A stretch of DNA of 64,000 bases from Myxococcota bacterium (GCA_965223705.1 OZ245015.1:32001-96000); one strand, 5' to 3'; positions 36,608 to 46,548 are shown, counted from the stretch's first letter. Numbers and translations: made by a program. The notes: generated by a model not told the origin, from the letters alone.

Positions 36608-38016
36608 TGGGCCAGCTCTTCTTCGACAAGGTCTGGGATCTCCACAAGGTGCTCGATCTCGGGGACGGCTTCGATCTCGTTCACGTCGATCGCCACATGA
36701 TGCACGAGCTCACCGGCAGCGGCGGTTTCGAGTTTCTCGAGCGAGGCGCGCATCGCTTCCGAAATCCGAAGCTGACGTTCGGGACGCCGGACCACGTCGT
36801 GTCGACGGGAAAAGGGCGCCACGACGACTCGCTTCCCGAATTCTCGAACATGATCTCGGGTTTCCGAAAAAACGCGAACCAATACGGGTTCACGTTCTTC
36901 GATCTCAACGACACGCGGCAGGGCATCGTCCATGTCGTCGCTCCGGAACAGGGGATTGCGCTGCCGGGAACGACGCTTGTCTGCGGCGACAGTCACACCT
37001 GCACGATCGGCGGCGTCGGAGCCGTCGCCTGGGGCGTCGGAACCAGCGACGTGCTCCACGTCCTGGCCACGCAGACCCTCGTGCAGCGTCGCCCCGAAAC
37101 CATGCGCGTCCGCTTTGATGGAGAGGCCGCTTCCGGTGTCTCGGCAAAAGACCTGATCCTCTACCTGATCGGCCGACTCGGTGCGGCCGCCGGAGACGGC
37201 TACGCCGTCGAATACGCGGGCACCGCCGTCGAAGCGCTCTCGGTCGAAGCGCGTCTCACGCTCTGCAATCTCTCCATCGAACTCGGAGCGCGCATGGGTT
37301 TCGTCGCACCGGACGAGATGACCTACGCGTACCTCGAAGGGCGTCCTTTCGCGCCCCAGGGTGCACGGTGGGAGCAGGCACTCGCCCACTGGCAGACGCT
37401 CCCGAGCGACCCGGACGCCCGGGCGGATCGCGAAGTACGGCTCGACGCGGAAGAGGTCCGTCCGCAAATCACGTGGGGAACGAGTCCCGAGCACGTGGTC
37501 GCCGTCGACGAGAACATCCCCAATCCGGCCGCTGCGGACTCCGCGACCCAGCGCACCGCGGAAGAGCGTGCCCTCGAATACATGGGCCTCGATGCGGGCC
37601 GACCGATCGCCGGCACGCCGATCGATGTCGTCTTCATCGGCTCGTGCACGAACAGCCGTTACTCCGACTTGGAGCTCGCGGCGGAAGTCGTCCGCGACCG
37701 CAAAGTGGCCGCCGGCGTTCGCGCGCTCGTGGTCCCGGGCTCGGGGGAAGTGAAGCGAGCTGCCGAAGCCTCGGGTGTCGCAGAAATTCTGCAAAGTGCC
37801 GGTTTTGAATGGCGCGAGCCCGGTTGCTCGATGTGCGTCGGTCTCAACAAGGATCTCGTCGATCCGGGGAAACGCTCGGTATCGACGTCGAACCGAAATT
37901 TCGAAGGGCGCCAAGGCCCGGGGGCCCGCACGCACCTGGCGAGCCCCGCGACGGCCGCCGCCAGCGCCATCGAAGGAGCGATTTGCTGCGCCGCCGATCT
38001 GGGCGCCCGCGCATGA
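36607..38016 (+). CDS. LeuC-like [4Fe-4S] dehydratase large subunit
   Basis: GTG overlaps the upstream TAG; DH, QGIVHV..PE, CGDSHT, GSCTN, GCSMC, STSNRNFEGRQG. Confidence 0.92.
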   Translation: MGQLFFDKVWDLHKVLDLGDGFDLVHVDRHMMHELTGSGGFEFLERGAHRFRNPKLTFGTPDHVVSTGKGRHDDSLPEFSNMISGFRKNANQYGFTFFDLNDTRQGIVHVVAPEQGIALPGTTLVCGDSHTCTIGGVGAVAWGVGTSDVLHVLATQTLVQRRPETMRVRFDGEAASGVSAKDLILYLIGRLGAAAGDGYAVEYAGTAVEALSVEARLTLCNLSIELGARMGFVAPDEMTYAYLEGRPFAPQGARWEQALAHWQTLPSDPDARADREVRLDAEEVRPQITWGTSPEHVVAVDENIPNPAAADSATQRTAEERALEYMGLDAGRPIAGTPIDVVFIGSCTNSRYSDLELAAEVVRDRKVAAGVRALVVPGSGEVKRAAEASGVAEILQSAGFEWREPGCSMCVGLNKDLVDPGKRSVSTSNRNFEGRQGPGARTHLASPATAAASAIEGAICCAADLGARA

Positions 38017-38627
38017 AGCCCTTTCGGCGCGAATCGGGCGTCGCGGTGGCCCTTCACCGCAGCAACGTCGACACGGACGCCATCATCCCGATCGAATTTT
38101 GCGTCAACCGCAGCCGTCCTCACTTCGGAGAGGGGCTTTTTCATCGCTGGCGCTTTTCAGCGGACGGCGAACCGATCGAGTTCCCCTTGAACGAAGAGCG
38201 CCACCGAGACCCGGTGTTTCTCGTGGCGGGGGAGAACTTCGGTTGCGGCAGCTCCCGCGAGATGGCGGTCTGGGCCCTGGCCGATTTCGGGTTCCGTTGT
38301 GTGATCGCGCCGAGCTTCGGCGAGATCTTCTTCAACAATTGTTTCAACAACGGTGTCTTACCCGTCCGGCTGGACCGGGACGCGGCCCTGTCGCTCTTGA
38401 ACGAGCTCGCCCAGGCGGAGGCGCCGCGCTTGACCGTCGACCTCGAGGTGTGTTCTATCGTCACGAGCGATGGCCGAGAGTTCGCGTTCGACATCAATGC
38501 ACTGCGCCGCCAGGCACTGCTCGACGGGCTCGACCCCGTCGAAGCGACCCTCACCCGAGCCGAAGCCATCGACGATTTTCAGCGCCGGGATCGCGAAGCG
38601 CGACCCTGGATCTACCGAGAGGATTGA
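38013..38627 (+). CDS. LeuD-like dehydratase small subunit
   Basis: NVDTD.IIP, NFGCGSSRE, APSFG.IF..N, V.DL. Confidence 0.92.
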   Translation: MKPFRRESGVAVALHRSNVDTDAIIPIEFCVNRSRPHFGEGLFHRWRFSADGEPIEFPLNEERHRDPVFLVAGENFGCGSSREMAVWALADFGFRCVIAPSFGEIFFNNCFNNGVLPVRLDRDAALSLLNELAQAEAPRLTVDLEVCSIVTSDGREFAFDINALRRQALLDGLDPVEATLTRAEAIDDFQRRDREARPWIYRED

Positions 38628-38628
38628 G

Positions 38629-40377
38629 ATGAACTACCGCACTGTCGCCCAGATCACCGCTCTTTGTATCGCGCTTCTCTTCAGCGCGACGGCCTCACAC
38701 GCCGAAAGCGGAGAAGCCATCGTCAAGAGCGGGCACTGGAAAGCGGAACAACCGGTCGGCGGCGGTCTGCCGCCCGTCAGCTCCGAAGCGCTGGCCGCAA
38801 CCCCGAGAAACGGATCGGAGTGGCTCCACTTCGGCGGCGATCTCCGCGGCCTCCGGCACAGCCCACTTACGAGCTTGACGCCCGAAAGCGCGAAGAAGCT
38901 CGAGATCGCCTGGGCCTTCCAGACAGGGGTCCCCGGGCAGCTCGAGGCGAACCCCATCATCTACGACGGCGTCATGTACACGACCTCTTCCCACAACCGG
39001 TTGTTCGCACTCGATCCGACGACCGGCGAGGTGCTCTGGCGCTACGACCACCCGCGCCCCGAGGGCCGACTCCTCTGCTGCGGTCCCGCGAACCGTGGCG
39101 TCGCCATCTCCGGCGACGCCATCTTGATGGGTACGCTCGACGCCCGCCTCGTCGCCCTGCATCGGCGCACGGGGGAGATCCTGTGGAATACCGAAGTGGC
39201 CCCGTTCGAAGACGGCTACAGCGTCACTTCGGCACCGTTCATCGTGAACGGGATCGCCGTCATGGGTGTCGGAGGCGCCGAGTACGGCGTCCGCGGTTTC
39301 TTCGACGGCTACGACGTCAAGACCGGAAAGCGCGTCTGGCGTCACTACACCGTGCCCGCCGCCGGAGAACCCGGAGCGGAGACATGGGCCGGGAACTCCA
39401 ACGAGAAAGGCGGGGGTTCGAGTTGGGCCACCGGCGTCTACGACGCGGAGCTCGATACGCTGTACGTCGCTGTGGGGAACCCCGCACCGGACTGGAACGG
39501 CGACGTCCGCGCCGGCGACAACCTCTACACCGATTCGCTCCTCGCCATCGACCCGAAGACCGGCGAGCGCAAATGGTATTTCCAGTTCACGCCGCACGAT
39601 GTCTGGGACTACGACGGGAACTCGGAACTCTGGTTGGTCGACTTGACGATCGAGGGTCAACCGGTGAAAGCCATCGCCCAGGCGAACCGCAACGGTTACC
39701 TCTACATCATCGATCGCACGAACGGAGCGTTCGTCCGAGCGACGGCCTACGTCGATCAGATCAACTGGGCGACGATCGACGACAAAGGCCGCCCCGTCGT
39801 CAACCCGAAGATGGTTCCGGTAGATCCTGGGCAGACGCCCCCGCGCATCTGCCCGGGAATCGCGGGTGGCAACAACGCGGCCTACGCGGGCTCGGTGAAT
39901 CCCTCGAACAACGTCGCGTTTGTCACGGTCATCGAAAGCTGCACGGAGCTCACGAAATCGAGCCCGGTGTGGGTGAAGGGCGTGCCCTTTTTCGGTGGCG
40001 TGTTCGAATTCCCCGACGCGACGGACGGCTCCGCTTACGGACACGTTTCGGCTATCGATCTCGACACGGGCGAAACCGTCTGGAAGCACCGTGAGGACTA
40101 CCCGATGATGGCGGGCTCGCTTTCCACCGAGGGCGGTGTCGTCTTCACCGGCACGTCCTCGGGTGACGCCCTAGCGCTTGACGCCGCAACGGGCGAGGTG
40201 GTGTGGCGGTTCCCGATGGGCTCCGGCGTTCGCAGTCATCCCGTGGCTTACGAAATCGACGGAACGACCTACGTCGCCATCGGCTCGGGCGGTGGAGGAC
40301 TCGTACAAACCTTGGTGGGCGAACCGGACAGCCTGCCTTACGGCAGTACGCTTTTCGTGTTCCGCGTTTCGAAGTGA
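38629..40377 (+). CDS. Periplasmic PQQ-dependent alcohol dehydrogenase with lanthanide-type active-site motif
   Basis: Signal peptide, vicinal CC (CCGPANRG), GAEYGVRG, GNPAP, PHDVWDYDG, NRNG, Trp-docking beta-propeller repeats; no heme c motif. Confidence 0.9.
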   Translation: MNYRTVAQITALCIALLFSATASHAESGEAIVKSGHWKAEQPVGGGLPPVSSEALAATPRNGSEWLHFGGDLRGLRHSPLTSLTPESAKKLEIAWAFQTGVPGQLEANPIIYDGVMYTTSSHNRLFALDPTTGEVLWRYDHPRPEGRLLCCGPANRGVAISGDAILMGTLDARLVALHRRTGEILWNTEVAPFEDGYSVTSAPFIVNGIAVMGVGGAEYGVRGFFDGYDVKTGKRVWRHYTVPAAGEPGAETWAGNSNEKGGGSSWATGVYDAELDTLYVAVGNPAPDWNGDVRAGDNLYTDSLLAIDPKTGERKWYFQFTPHDVWDYDGNSELWLVDLTIEGQPVKAIAQANRNGYLYIIDRTNGAFVRATAYVDQINWATIDDKGRPVVNPKMVPVDPGQTPPRICPGIAGGNNAAYAGSVNPSNNVAFVTVIESCTELTKSSPVWVKGVPFFGGVFEFPDATDGSAYGHVSAIDLDTGETVWKHREDYPMMAGSLSTEGGVVFTGTSSGDALALDAATGEVVWRFPMGSGVRSHPVAYEIDGTTYVAIGSGGGGLVQTLVGEPDSLPYGSTLFVFRVSK

Positions 40378-41168
40378 GGCAGGTCCGGGCGAGCGTCCTT
40401 CTGTCGGTGCTCCTCGCGGTGGGCGCGAACGCCGACGGGCTCAGACTCTGCGCGCTTGAGAACGATGCGCCGCGAGCCGTCCGAGAGACGGACCGCGGAA
40501 TCGACCTCGATGTGCTGCGCGAACTGGCCGATGCGACGGGGAAGACACTCGAGGTGGTCTGGGTCCCGAACCCGATCCAGATTCTCGAGATCGAAGACAG
40601 CGATCTTCCCCTCGGCCGGTTGGTACGGGGCGACTGCGACGTCGTCGCTTCGGTCCCCGGGGAAGAATCCCTCGCCCACTTCGCGAATCGCACTTCGCTG
40701 ACAAAGCCCTACTACGGCCTGGCGTTCGAGCTCGTCGGAGCGGGCGATCTTCCGGATCGCGCGGAGCGCCTCGGCCAAACGCGAACCGCCGTTCAACTCC
40801 AAACCTTCGCGCACCAGGCGCTCGAGCAATTGGGCGTCCCGTGGCACGCAGCGACCAGCACAGAAGCGGCGCTCGGCGTGCTCGATCGCGGCGACGTGGC
40901 GGCGGCTCTGGTTTGGGGCCCGGATCTCGGACCGCTCGGTCGGACGCCTCGCGCGGGCTTCGTCCCTTCCCCGGCGCTGCGATGGAACGCCCACCTCGCG
41001 ATGCGACGCGACGATCCCCGGCTTCCCGCGCTCGACGCTGCGCTCTCGGCACTCGCGAGTTCGGGAAAGATCGAGGCTTTACTCGGAGCGCACGGCATTC
41101 CTTACCGAGCGCCGTTCTCGTCCGTGTCGAATCCCGTGGCGCGGCGAAAACTACGTATCGCGCCCTAG
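40374..41168 (+). CDS. MxaJ/XoxJ-like periplasmic substrate-binding protein
   Basis: GTG overlaps the ADH stop; signal peptide, LRLCA, L..G.CDVV, T.PYY, A.VWGP. Confidence 0.75.
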   Translation: MRQVRASVLLSVLLAVGANADGLRLCALENDAPRAVRETDRGIDLDVLRELADATGKTLEVVWVPNPIQILEIEDSDLPLGRLVRGDCDVVASVPGEESLAHFANRTSLTKPYYGLAFELVGAGDLPDRAERLGQTRTAVQLQTFAHQALEQLGVPWHAATSTEAALGVLDRGDVAAALVWGPDLGPLGRTPRAGFVPSPALRWNAHLAMRRDDPRLPALDAALSALASSGKIEALLGAHGIPYRAPFSSVSNPVARRKLRIAP

Positions 41169-42389
41169 CGGGGGGCGCCGAACTCTCTGGTTCGGGGTGT
41201 AGGCCTCCATGACTTTCCCGCCGGCGAGGGTCAGGGTGCTCCTCGGGAGCAAGCGCGCGCCGAGGTTCGCCCGCGTCCAGTTCCACCAGCCGCAGGTGAC
41301 GGAAGGCTGCTGACCCAACGCGTCGAACGCATCCTCCACGACGCTCGCCGGAGCCGCCCCCGGGTGGTCCAACTGATCGGCCCGTTCAGAGAACTCCGTC
41401 CGCGTCGCGCCGGGCAACACGGAGAGCACGTCGACGCCCGTGCCTGCGAGTTCGGCCCACAGCGCTTCCCCGAGGAGATTGTCGAACGCTTTGCTCGCCG
41501 CGTAGAGGGCGTGTAGGGGGAGCGGCTGAACACCCGCCACCGAGCCCAAGAACAACACGGCGCCCCGGCCGCGCTCGAGCATCGGAGTGACGAAATGCGA
41601 CGTCAGCAGCACCGGCGCGAGACAATTGACCTTCACGAGATCCGCGAGTCGGTCGGTCTCCTGGGCATCGAAGCGCCCCGCGTAGCCGACGCCGGCGTTG
41701 TTCACGAGGACGCCGATTTCGAGATCGGCGACCGACGTGAGAACGCGCGCGGTGTCTTCCTCGCGGGTGAGGTCTGCGGTGACGATTCGCGTCTCGACGC
41801 CGAAACTTCCCTCGAGCTCCGTCGCGAGCGCCCGAAGCTTGTCCTCTCGCCGCGCGACGAGTACGCACGGGAGCCCTTCTCGCGCGAGCGCTCGTGCGAA
41901 CTCCGCGCCGATGCCCGCTGATGCGCCCGTGATGAGGGCCCACCCTCCGTAGCGATCGCCCAGCCGTTGCCGAGGTGCCTCGAACCGAGGCTGGGCGCGC
42001 CACAGCGCGACGGTCGGGATGACGAAAGCTCCGCCGGCCAAGGCGCCCAAGAAGAATCGGCCCGGTCCCTCGCCGTAGAGAACGGGCCAGACGGCCATCG
42101 AGATCGCAACTTGCGCCGTGTACACCGCTGCCCACGGCCACATCCAGGATTTCATTCGCCAGAAACCCCACGCGCCGAGCGCGTAGATCAAACCGTGGGG
42201 AACGGCGAGCCATTTGGCGGTCACCCCGTGGAAGAGAACGCCGAACCACACTTCTTCGTCCATGTGGACGGGCTTGACGAACAAATCCCAGGGCACGTAG
42301 ATCAAGGCCATGTAGGCGCAAAAAAGCATCAGGAGGTTCATCCACGTCGGCCGCTTTGCGGCTTGAGCGCGCAACCAATCGAGCAACAC
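41151..42389 (-). CDS. Short-chain dehydrogenase/reductase fused to an N-terminal 4-TM domain
   Basis: About 140 aa hydrophobic N-terminus, then TGASAGIG, NNAG, YAASK. Confidence 0.9.
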   Translation of the reverse strand: MLLDWLRAQAAKRPTWMNLLMLFCAYMALIYVPWDLFVKPVHMDEEVWFGVLFHGVTAKWLAVPHGLIYALGAWGFWRMKSWMWPWAAVYTAQVAISMAVWPVLYGEGPGRFFLGALAGGAFVIPTVALWRAQPRFEAPRQRLGDRYGGWALITGASAGIGAEFARALAREGLPCVLVARREDKLRALATELEGSFGVETRIVTADLTREEDTARVLTSVADLEIGVLVNNAGVGYAGRFDAQETDRLADLVKVNCLAPVLLTSHFVTPMLERGRGAVLFLGSVAGVQPLPLHALYAASKAFDNLLGEALWAELAGTGVDVLSVLPGATRTEFSERADQLDHPGAAPASVVEDAFDALGQQPSVTCGWWNWTRANLGARLLPRSTLTLAGGKVMEAYTPNQRVRRPPLGRDT

Positions 42390-42432
42390 GAGCCTCCTGG
42401 GGAATCGACCGCGACGCGGTCCCGGCGAAGCG

Positions 42433-43467
42433 TTAGCGCGGACGCTCCCAAGTGTCGACGCGACAGCCGAGCTTCCGAAGTCGCTCCTTCGCCGCGTCGG
42501 CGTCGATCAAGGCCTCGAACGGAATCCAACCGGCGCTGGGCGTGCCCGGCTCCGCGAGTCGCTCGAGCGCCCATACCGGCGGCGATGCGGGAACGTTCAA
42601 GCCGTCGCGATCGGCGCGCACTTCGAGGCTCGCGACGCATCCTCCTGCCGCGTCCCGCGCGTCGAGCGCCAGACGTCCGACGCGGCCTCCAAAGGGTCGG
42701 CCCGCGTTTGCCGCGAGGCTCCCGATACGGCTCAAGAAGTGCAGTCGAGAATCGGCGATGCGCGGGAGCCAGCTCGCCGCCCGTCGCAACACGTGTGCGA
42801 GCAGTGCGCGGTCGAAGCCCGCGTAGAAGCGAAGTGGAAGGTCTCGCTCACCGACCCGAACCCGAGAGCCTCGCCGCGGGAAGGGATAGCGCCCGTAAGC
42901 GAGCGTAGTGCCCTCCGCGGCGTCGCGACGGAAGACGCGCGAGAAGGCGCGCTCTCCGTCGGGAAGTGTCTCACCGAGCGGGCGGAGCAAACCGAACAGC
43001 AGCGCTGGCGTCGCGGGATTGTCGGTTCCGATCGACAGCCATGCGTCGATGCTCTCAACACCGGGCGTGGCGAGGAACTCGCCCGCGAGGGATGCGAGCA
43101 ACCCGGGCGATGTCGAAGCCCCGCACACCACGGCCACCCCCGCGCCGGCTGCATCGTACTTCCGGGAAGCTTCTTCGGCTTCTTCGACATAGCGAGGGAG
43201 CTCTGCGAGATCGACGTAGTGGCACCGCGCCTCGGCGCAGGCTCGAAGGATCGGGGATGGATCGTAGTCGTAGGGGCCGACGGCGTTCACCAGGGCGTCG
43301 AAGCCTTCGAGGCGGCCCGCGAGTCCGTCCGCGTGTAGGTCCAACCGCTCGCCTCCGCGGCCTCGACGTGAGGCCGGTACGACGTCGAGCGTCGGCGCGA
43401 GGCGCTTGCACAGGGCCCGTACCCGGCCTCCGAGAGCGCCGTGGCCCCCTGCGATCACCACCTTCAC
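42433..43467 (-). CDS. Saccharopine-dehydrogenase-like NAD(P)-binding oxidoreductase
   Basis: GGHGALG, NAVGPY, AC......HYVDLA, GAST.PGL. Confidence 0.8.
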   Translation of the reverse strand: MKVVIAGGHGALGGRVRALCKRLAPTLDVVPASRRGRGGERLDLHADGLAGRLEGFDALVNAVGPYDYDPSPILRACAEARCHYVDLAELPRYVEEAEEASRKYDAAGAGVAVVCGASTSPGLLASLAGEFLATPGVESIDAWLSIGTDNPATPALLFGLLRPLGETLPDGERAFSRVFRRDAAEGTTLAYGRYPFPRRGSRVRVGERDLPLRFYAGFDRALLAHVLRRAASWLPRIADSRLHFLSRIGSLAANAGRPFGGRVGRLALDARDAAGGCVASLEVRADRDGLNVPASPPVWALERLAEPGTPSAGWIPFEALIDADAAKERLRKLGCRVDTWERPR

Positions 43468-44330
43468 TACGGAGTGTCGCTCGTCTCCGGCTCAGGTGAC
43501 GCCGGCGCCCCATCGGGCGCTTCTTCCGCACTTCCGTCATCGACCGGAAGCTCGAGAGGACAATCGCGGAAGCTCGCGCAGCCGATGAAGCGGTGTGCGC
43601 TGTGATAGGCCAGGTAGTGTTCTCGGACGCGATCGGCCGTCGACGCCACCGGGTTCTCTTCGAACTGGCCTTCCAGCACGGCTTTCACCGTGGTCGCCCA
43701 AGGCGAGGGAGGAATCGTCGCGTACGTGATGCCGGCCGCCATCAACATCACCCGCTGCTGCAGCGCGTACCCCGGCTGGGCCAGCGCCGGCAAGTACGGA
43801 TTCGCGACACCGGCTCGCGCATCGGGGATTTCTTCCTCCAACGTGTAGCTGTGGTCGGGCAACCAGGTCGTGTCGCGCGCATCGGAGAACGAAACCGCGA
43901 CAGCGACCGCGAACGCCGGAACGAGCGCGGCATAGAGCCCGGGGTGCGGAGGCTTCGTCAGCCAGGAGAACGCGACGACGGCGATCACGTGGAGCAGCGC
44001 AACCGCACACAGAAAGACGGGATAGACCGCCACCGGAAGTCCGGTCCCGAGTTGCATCCACTCACCGATGCTCGCGACGTGGCCCGAGAACACCATGATC
44101 GGGAAGTACGCGATCCGCCAGACCACGAGCGCACCGACGGCCAGCACGATCTGAGCGATCACGGACTTGAAGCGCTGCGCGGCGAGGGCGACACCCAGCG
44201 CGGTTCCGCCCAACGATGCGAGCTGAAGCGCCGCGAAGAGTTGTGTCTGCCCGAGGCTCTCCGCTTGATCGATCGCGCTGCCCCAAAAGGAGAGCACCAC
44301 CAGGAACAGCAGGAGCAAGCCGACGCGCAC
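43467..44330 (-). CDS. Hypothetical membrane protein
   Basis: About 5 TM segments; GTG 1 nt after the desaturase stop; TAGTG overlap with the next gene. Confidence 0.7.
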   Translation of the reverse strand: MRVGLLLLFLVVLSFWGSAIDQAESLGQTQLFAALQLASLGGTALGVALAAQRFKSVIAQIVLAVGALVVWRIAYFPIMVFSGHVASIGEWMQLGTGLPVAVYPVFLCAVALLHVIAVVAFSWLTKPPHPGLYAALVPAFAVAVAVSFSDARDTTWLPDHSYTLEEEIPDARAGVANPYLPALAQPGYALQQRVMLMAAGITYATIPPSPWATTVKAVLEGQFEENPVASTADRVREHYLAYHSAHRFIGCASFRDCPLELPVDDGSAEEAPDGAPASPEPETSDTP

Positions 44331-44331
44331 T

Positions 44332-45129
44332 CTAGAACACCAGCTTGCTGCGCAGTTCCGGCGCGACACCGTCGAGGCGAGCCGACAACTCGCCGAGCTT
44401 GCAGGTGGGGACCGTCGGGAAGAGATGATGCTCGACGTGATAGAACATGTCGTAGGTCACGAACGACTTCAGCGGGTTCCGAATCGTCCGCGCGATGTAG
44501 TGCGAGCGATCGCAATCGTGGTGCACGGTCCACACGGCGAAGAACGCGGAGAAGCACTGGCCGACGGTCATCGCGATCACGTGGTATTTGAGAAAGGGCA
44601 GGTCGAGGACAAAAAACGCCAACACGACCATGCCGACCATCGAAGCCAGCTCGAAATGGATCCAGCGCCGTACGCGCGCGTTCCCTTTCTTGAGCGCGGT
44701 CGCGTGCAACATGATCGGGAACTGGGGCCCGGTGAGAAGCGCCTTCCAGCCCGGCATCAACGCACTTCGCGCTTCGACATCTTCTTCGTCCATGCAGTGG
44801 CGGTGATGCCGCAGGTGGTTCCACTGCACGGCGTGCATCGAACTCATCATCAACGGGCTCAGAACAAACATCAGCCACTCGTGCGCGCGCGGCGAGACGC
44901 CGCAGGCGTAGTGGTACGCGCCGTGGACTTGGCGCAACCCGCACAAGAAGAACATGAACGAAGCCGCAAGGGCGGGGAGGTACCAGCCGATATGGGCGAG
45001 GGCCAGCGAAACAACGAGCCAGGGCAGGTAGATCAGAACCTCCCGCACGACCTCGCCGCGCGTCATCTGACACAGGTCCTTCCACTCGATTTCCGAGAGT
45101 CGGGGATCGCGCAGGATCTCGAGAGCCAT
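44332..45129 (-). CDS. Membrane fatty-acid desaturase family protein
   Basis: Three His boxes HGAYH, HLRHH, HVEHH(LFP). Confidence 0.92.
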   Translation of the reverse strand: MALEILRDPRLSEIEWKDLCQMTRGEVVREVLIYLPWLVVSLALAHIGWYLPALAASFMFFLCGLRQVHGAYHYACGVSPRAHEWLMFVLSPLMMSSMHAVQWNHLRHHRHCMDEEDVEARSALMPGWKALLTGPQFPIMLHATALKKGNARVRRWIHFELASMVGMVVLAFFVLDLPFLKYHVIAMTVGQCFSAFFAVWTVHHDCDRSHYIARTIRNPLKSFVTYDMFYHVEHHLFPTVPTCKLGELSARLDGVAPELRSKLVF

Positions 45130-45202
45130 GGTGCCGCGGTACTCCGCTCGCGCGAGTGGGCACGCTCGGTCAGGTTCGCTCGGCGAGCCGCCTTGCCCGG
45201 TT

Positions 45203-45958
45203 CTAGACCGGGTAGTGAGGTCGCGTCTGAGCGTCTAGGGCGCTCGGGCGAGCCACGCGGGCGTGAGGTTCCCTCACACGCGAAGCCGCCGTCGGGCCGA
45301 CCGGCGCTGTCCCGGCACTGACGTCGCGCGGCGGCGAGCTCACCATGCGGGTCCGAGACCCGCGGAGTGTAGAAGTGTTGGTCTGCTGACGCACGGTGGC
45401 CCCGGTGGCGGTCTGCTGACGCACGGTGGCCCCGGTGGCCGGCCGGTGCCGGCCCAGCACCTCGAGGTAGTAGCGAAGGCGGAAGTTTCGGGTGTTGCGA
45501 TCGATGGCCACGCGAAGCTTGAGCCGTCGGGTCCCTCGGAACTTCGGTACCCCCGGACACGGGCGAAAGCTCCCGTTTCGCCAGACCGAGGTCGCCAGAA
45601 CCTCCCCCACGACGCGATCGAGTTCAGGTCGGGACGGTCGGGCGCCCGGCGCGACCAAGGCAAGGTCTGCGACGCTCCAGCGCGCGGTCTGATCGCGCGG
45701 GGCCACGGCCAGCTCGATATCGTAGGCCGCGCGACGCGCGTCCGAGAGTTTCGGCAGCGGGCGAACCGCCACTTCGCGCAGTACCGCCCCTCGCAGTGCG
45801 GCGCTCCGCCGCAGCAAGGGGCCCAAGTAGAGCTTTCGAAACAACGACCGGCGAGCGATCGACGCGCCCAGCCAACAGAAGCCGGTCACCGCGCTGTCGA
45901 GCAAAAATCTGGGCGCGCCGAGGACGTGCCAGCAAAACGATCGTCTGCGGGTGGCCAT
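45203..45958 (-). CDS. Hypothetical protein
   Basis: Same strand as neighbours and fills the gap. The C-terminal third contains a 30-nt duplication and looks non-conserved. Confidence 0.45.
   Translation of the reverse strand: MATRRRSFCWHVLGAPRFLLDSAVTGFCWLGASIARRSLFRKLYLGPLLRRSAALRGAVLREVAVRPLPKLSDARRAAYDIELAVAPRDQTARWSVADLALVAPGARPSRPELDRVVGEVLATSVWRNGSFRPCPGVPKFRGTRRLKLRVAIDRNTRNFRLRYYLEVLGRHRPATGATVRQQTATGATVRQQTNTSTLRGSRTRMVSSPPRDVSAGTAPVGPTAASRVREPHARVARPSALDAQTRPHYPV
45380..45439. repeat. Perfect 30-nt tandem duplication
   Basis: GGTCTGCTGACGCACGGTGGCCCCGGTGGC x2. Confidence 0.9.
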
Positions 45959-46013
45959 GGCCGGTACATCGACCCGATGACCCTCGGTCTTGATGCGGGC
46001 GGGACGTGTCCGT

Positions 46014-46496
46014 CTAGAGCTTTGCGACGCTGTCGAAGGCTCGGACCACCTCGGGCGGCGCCTGCACCAACTCGATCAGAACGCCCTCGCCTCCAATCGG
46101 CGCTGCCTCGTTTCCCTTGGGGTGGATGAAACACACGTCAAATCCTGCGGCGCCCTTGCGAATGCCCCCGGGCGTGAAGCGCATGCCCTGTGCGGTAAGC
46201 CAGTCCACCGCGGCGTGGAGGTCGTCGATCCAGAGACCCACGTGGTTCAGGGCGGGATCGTGGACCTTGGGCTTTGCATCGGGGTCGATGGGCTGCATCA
46301 GATCGACTTCGACTTTCAAGGGGCCGCTGCCGGCGACGGCGATGTCCTCGTCCACGTTCTCGGATTCGCTCCGAAAATTGCCGTGGAGCTCGAGGCCCAA
46401 AGTATCGACCCAGAGCCGCCGCAGACCCTCCTTGTCCGCGGCGCCAACCGCGATCTGCTGAATTCCCAAGACGCGAAACGGGCGCTCGCCACTCAT
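46014..46496 (-). CDS. VOC-family protein (glyoxalase/methylmalonyl-CoA epimerase-like)
   Basis: [48 protein letters not shown]. Confidence 0.88.
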   Translation of the reverse strand: MSGERPFRVLGIQQIAVGAADKEGLRRLWVDTLGLELHGNFRSESENVDEDIAVAGSGPLKVEVDLMQPIDPDAKPKVHDPALNHVGLWIDDLHAAVDWLTAQGMRFTPGGIRKGAAGFDVCFIHPKGNEAAPIGGEGVLIELVQAPPEVVRAFDSVAKL

Positions 46497-46548
46497 CCGG
46501 AACCTCCTCGGCCCCGGAATGTACTCGAACCCGGTACCCTCCGGCGCG

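Noticed and set aside
36607..38627. Assigning the symbols leuC/leuD (leucine biosynthesis)
   Set aside because: Substrate-region motifs deviate and the operon context is catabolic, so the genes are left as LeuC/LeuD-like.
45203..45440. C-terminal extension of the 45203-45958 ORF as a functional repeat domain
   Set aside because: It consists of one exact 30-nt duplication and low-information sequence, more likely read-through or non-conserved tail.
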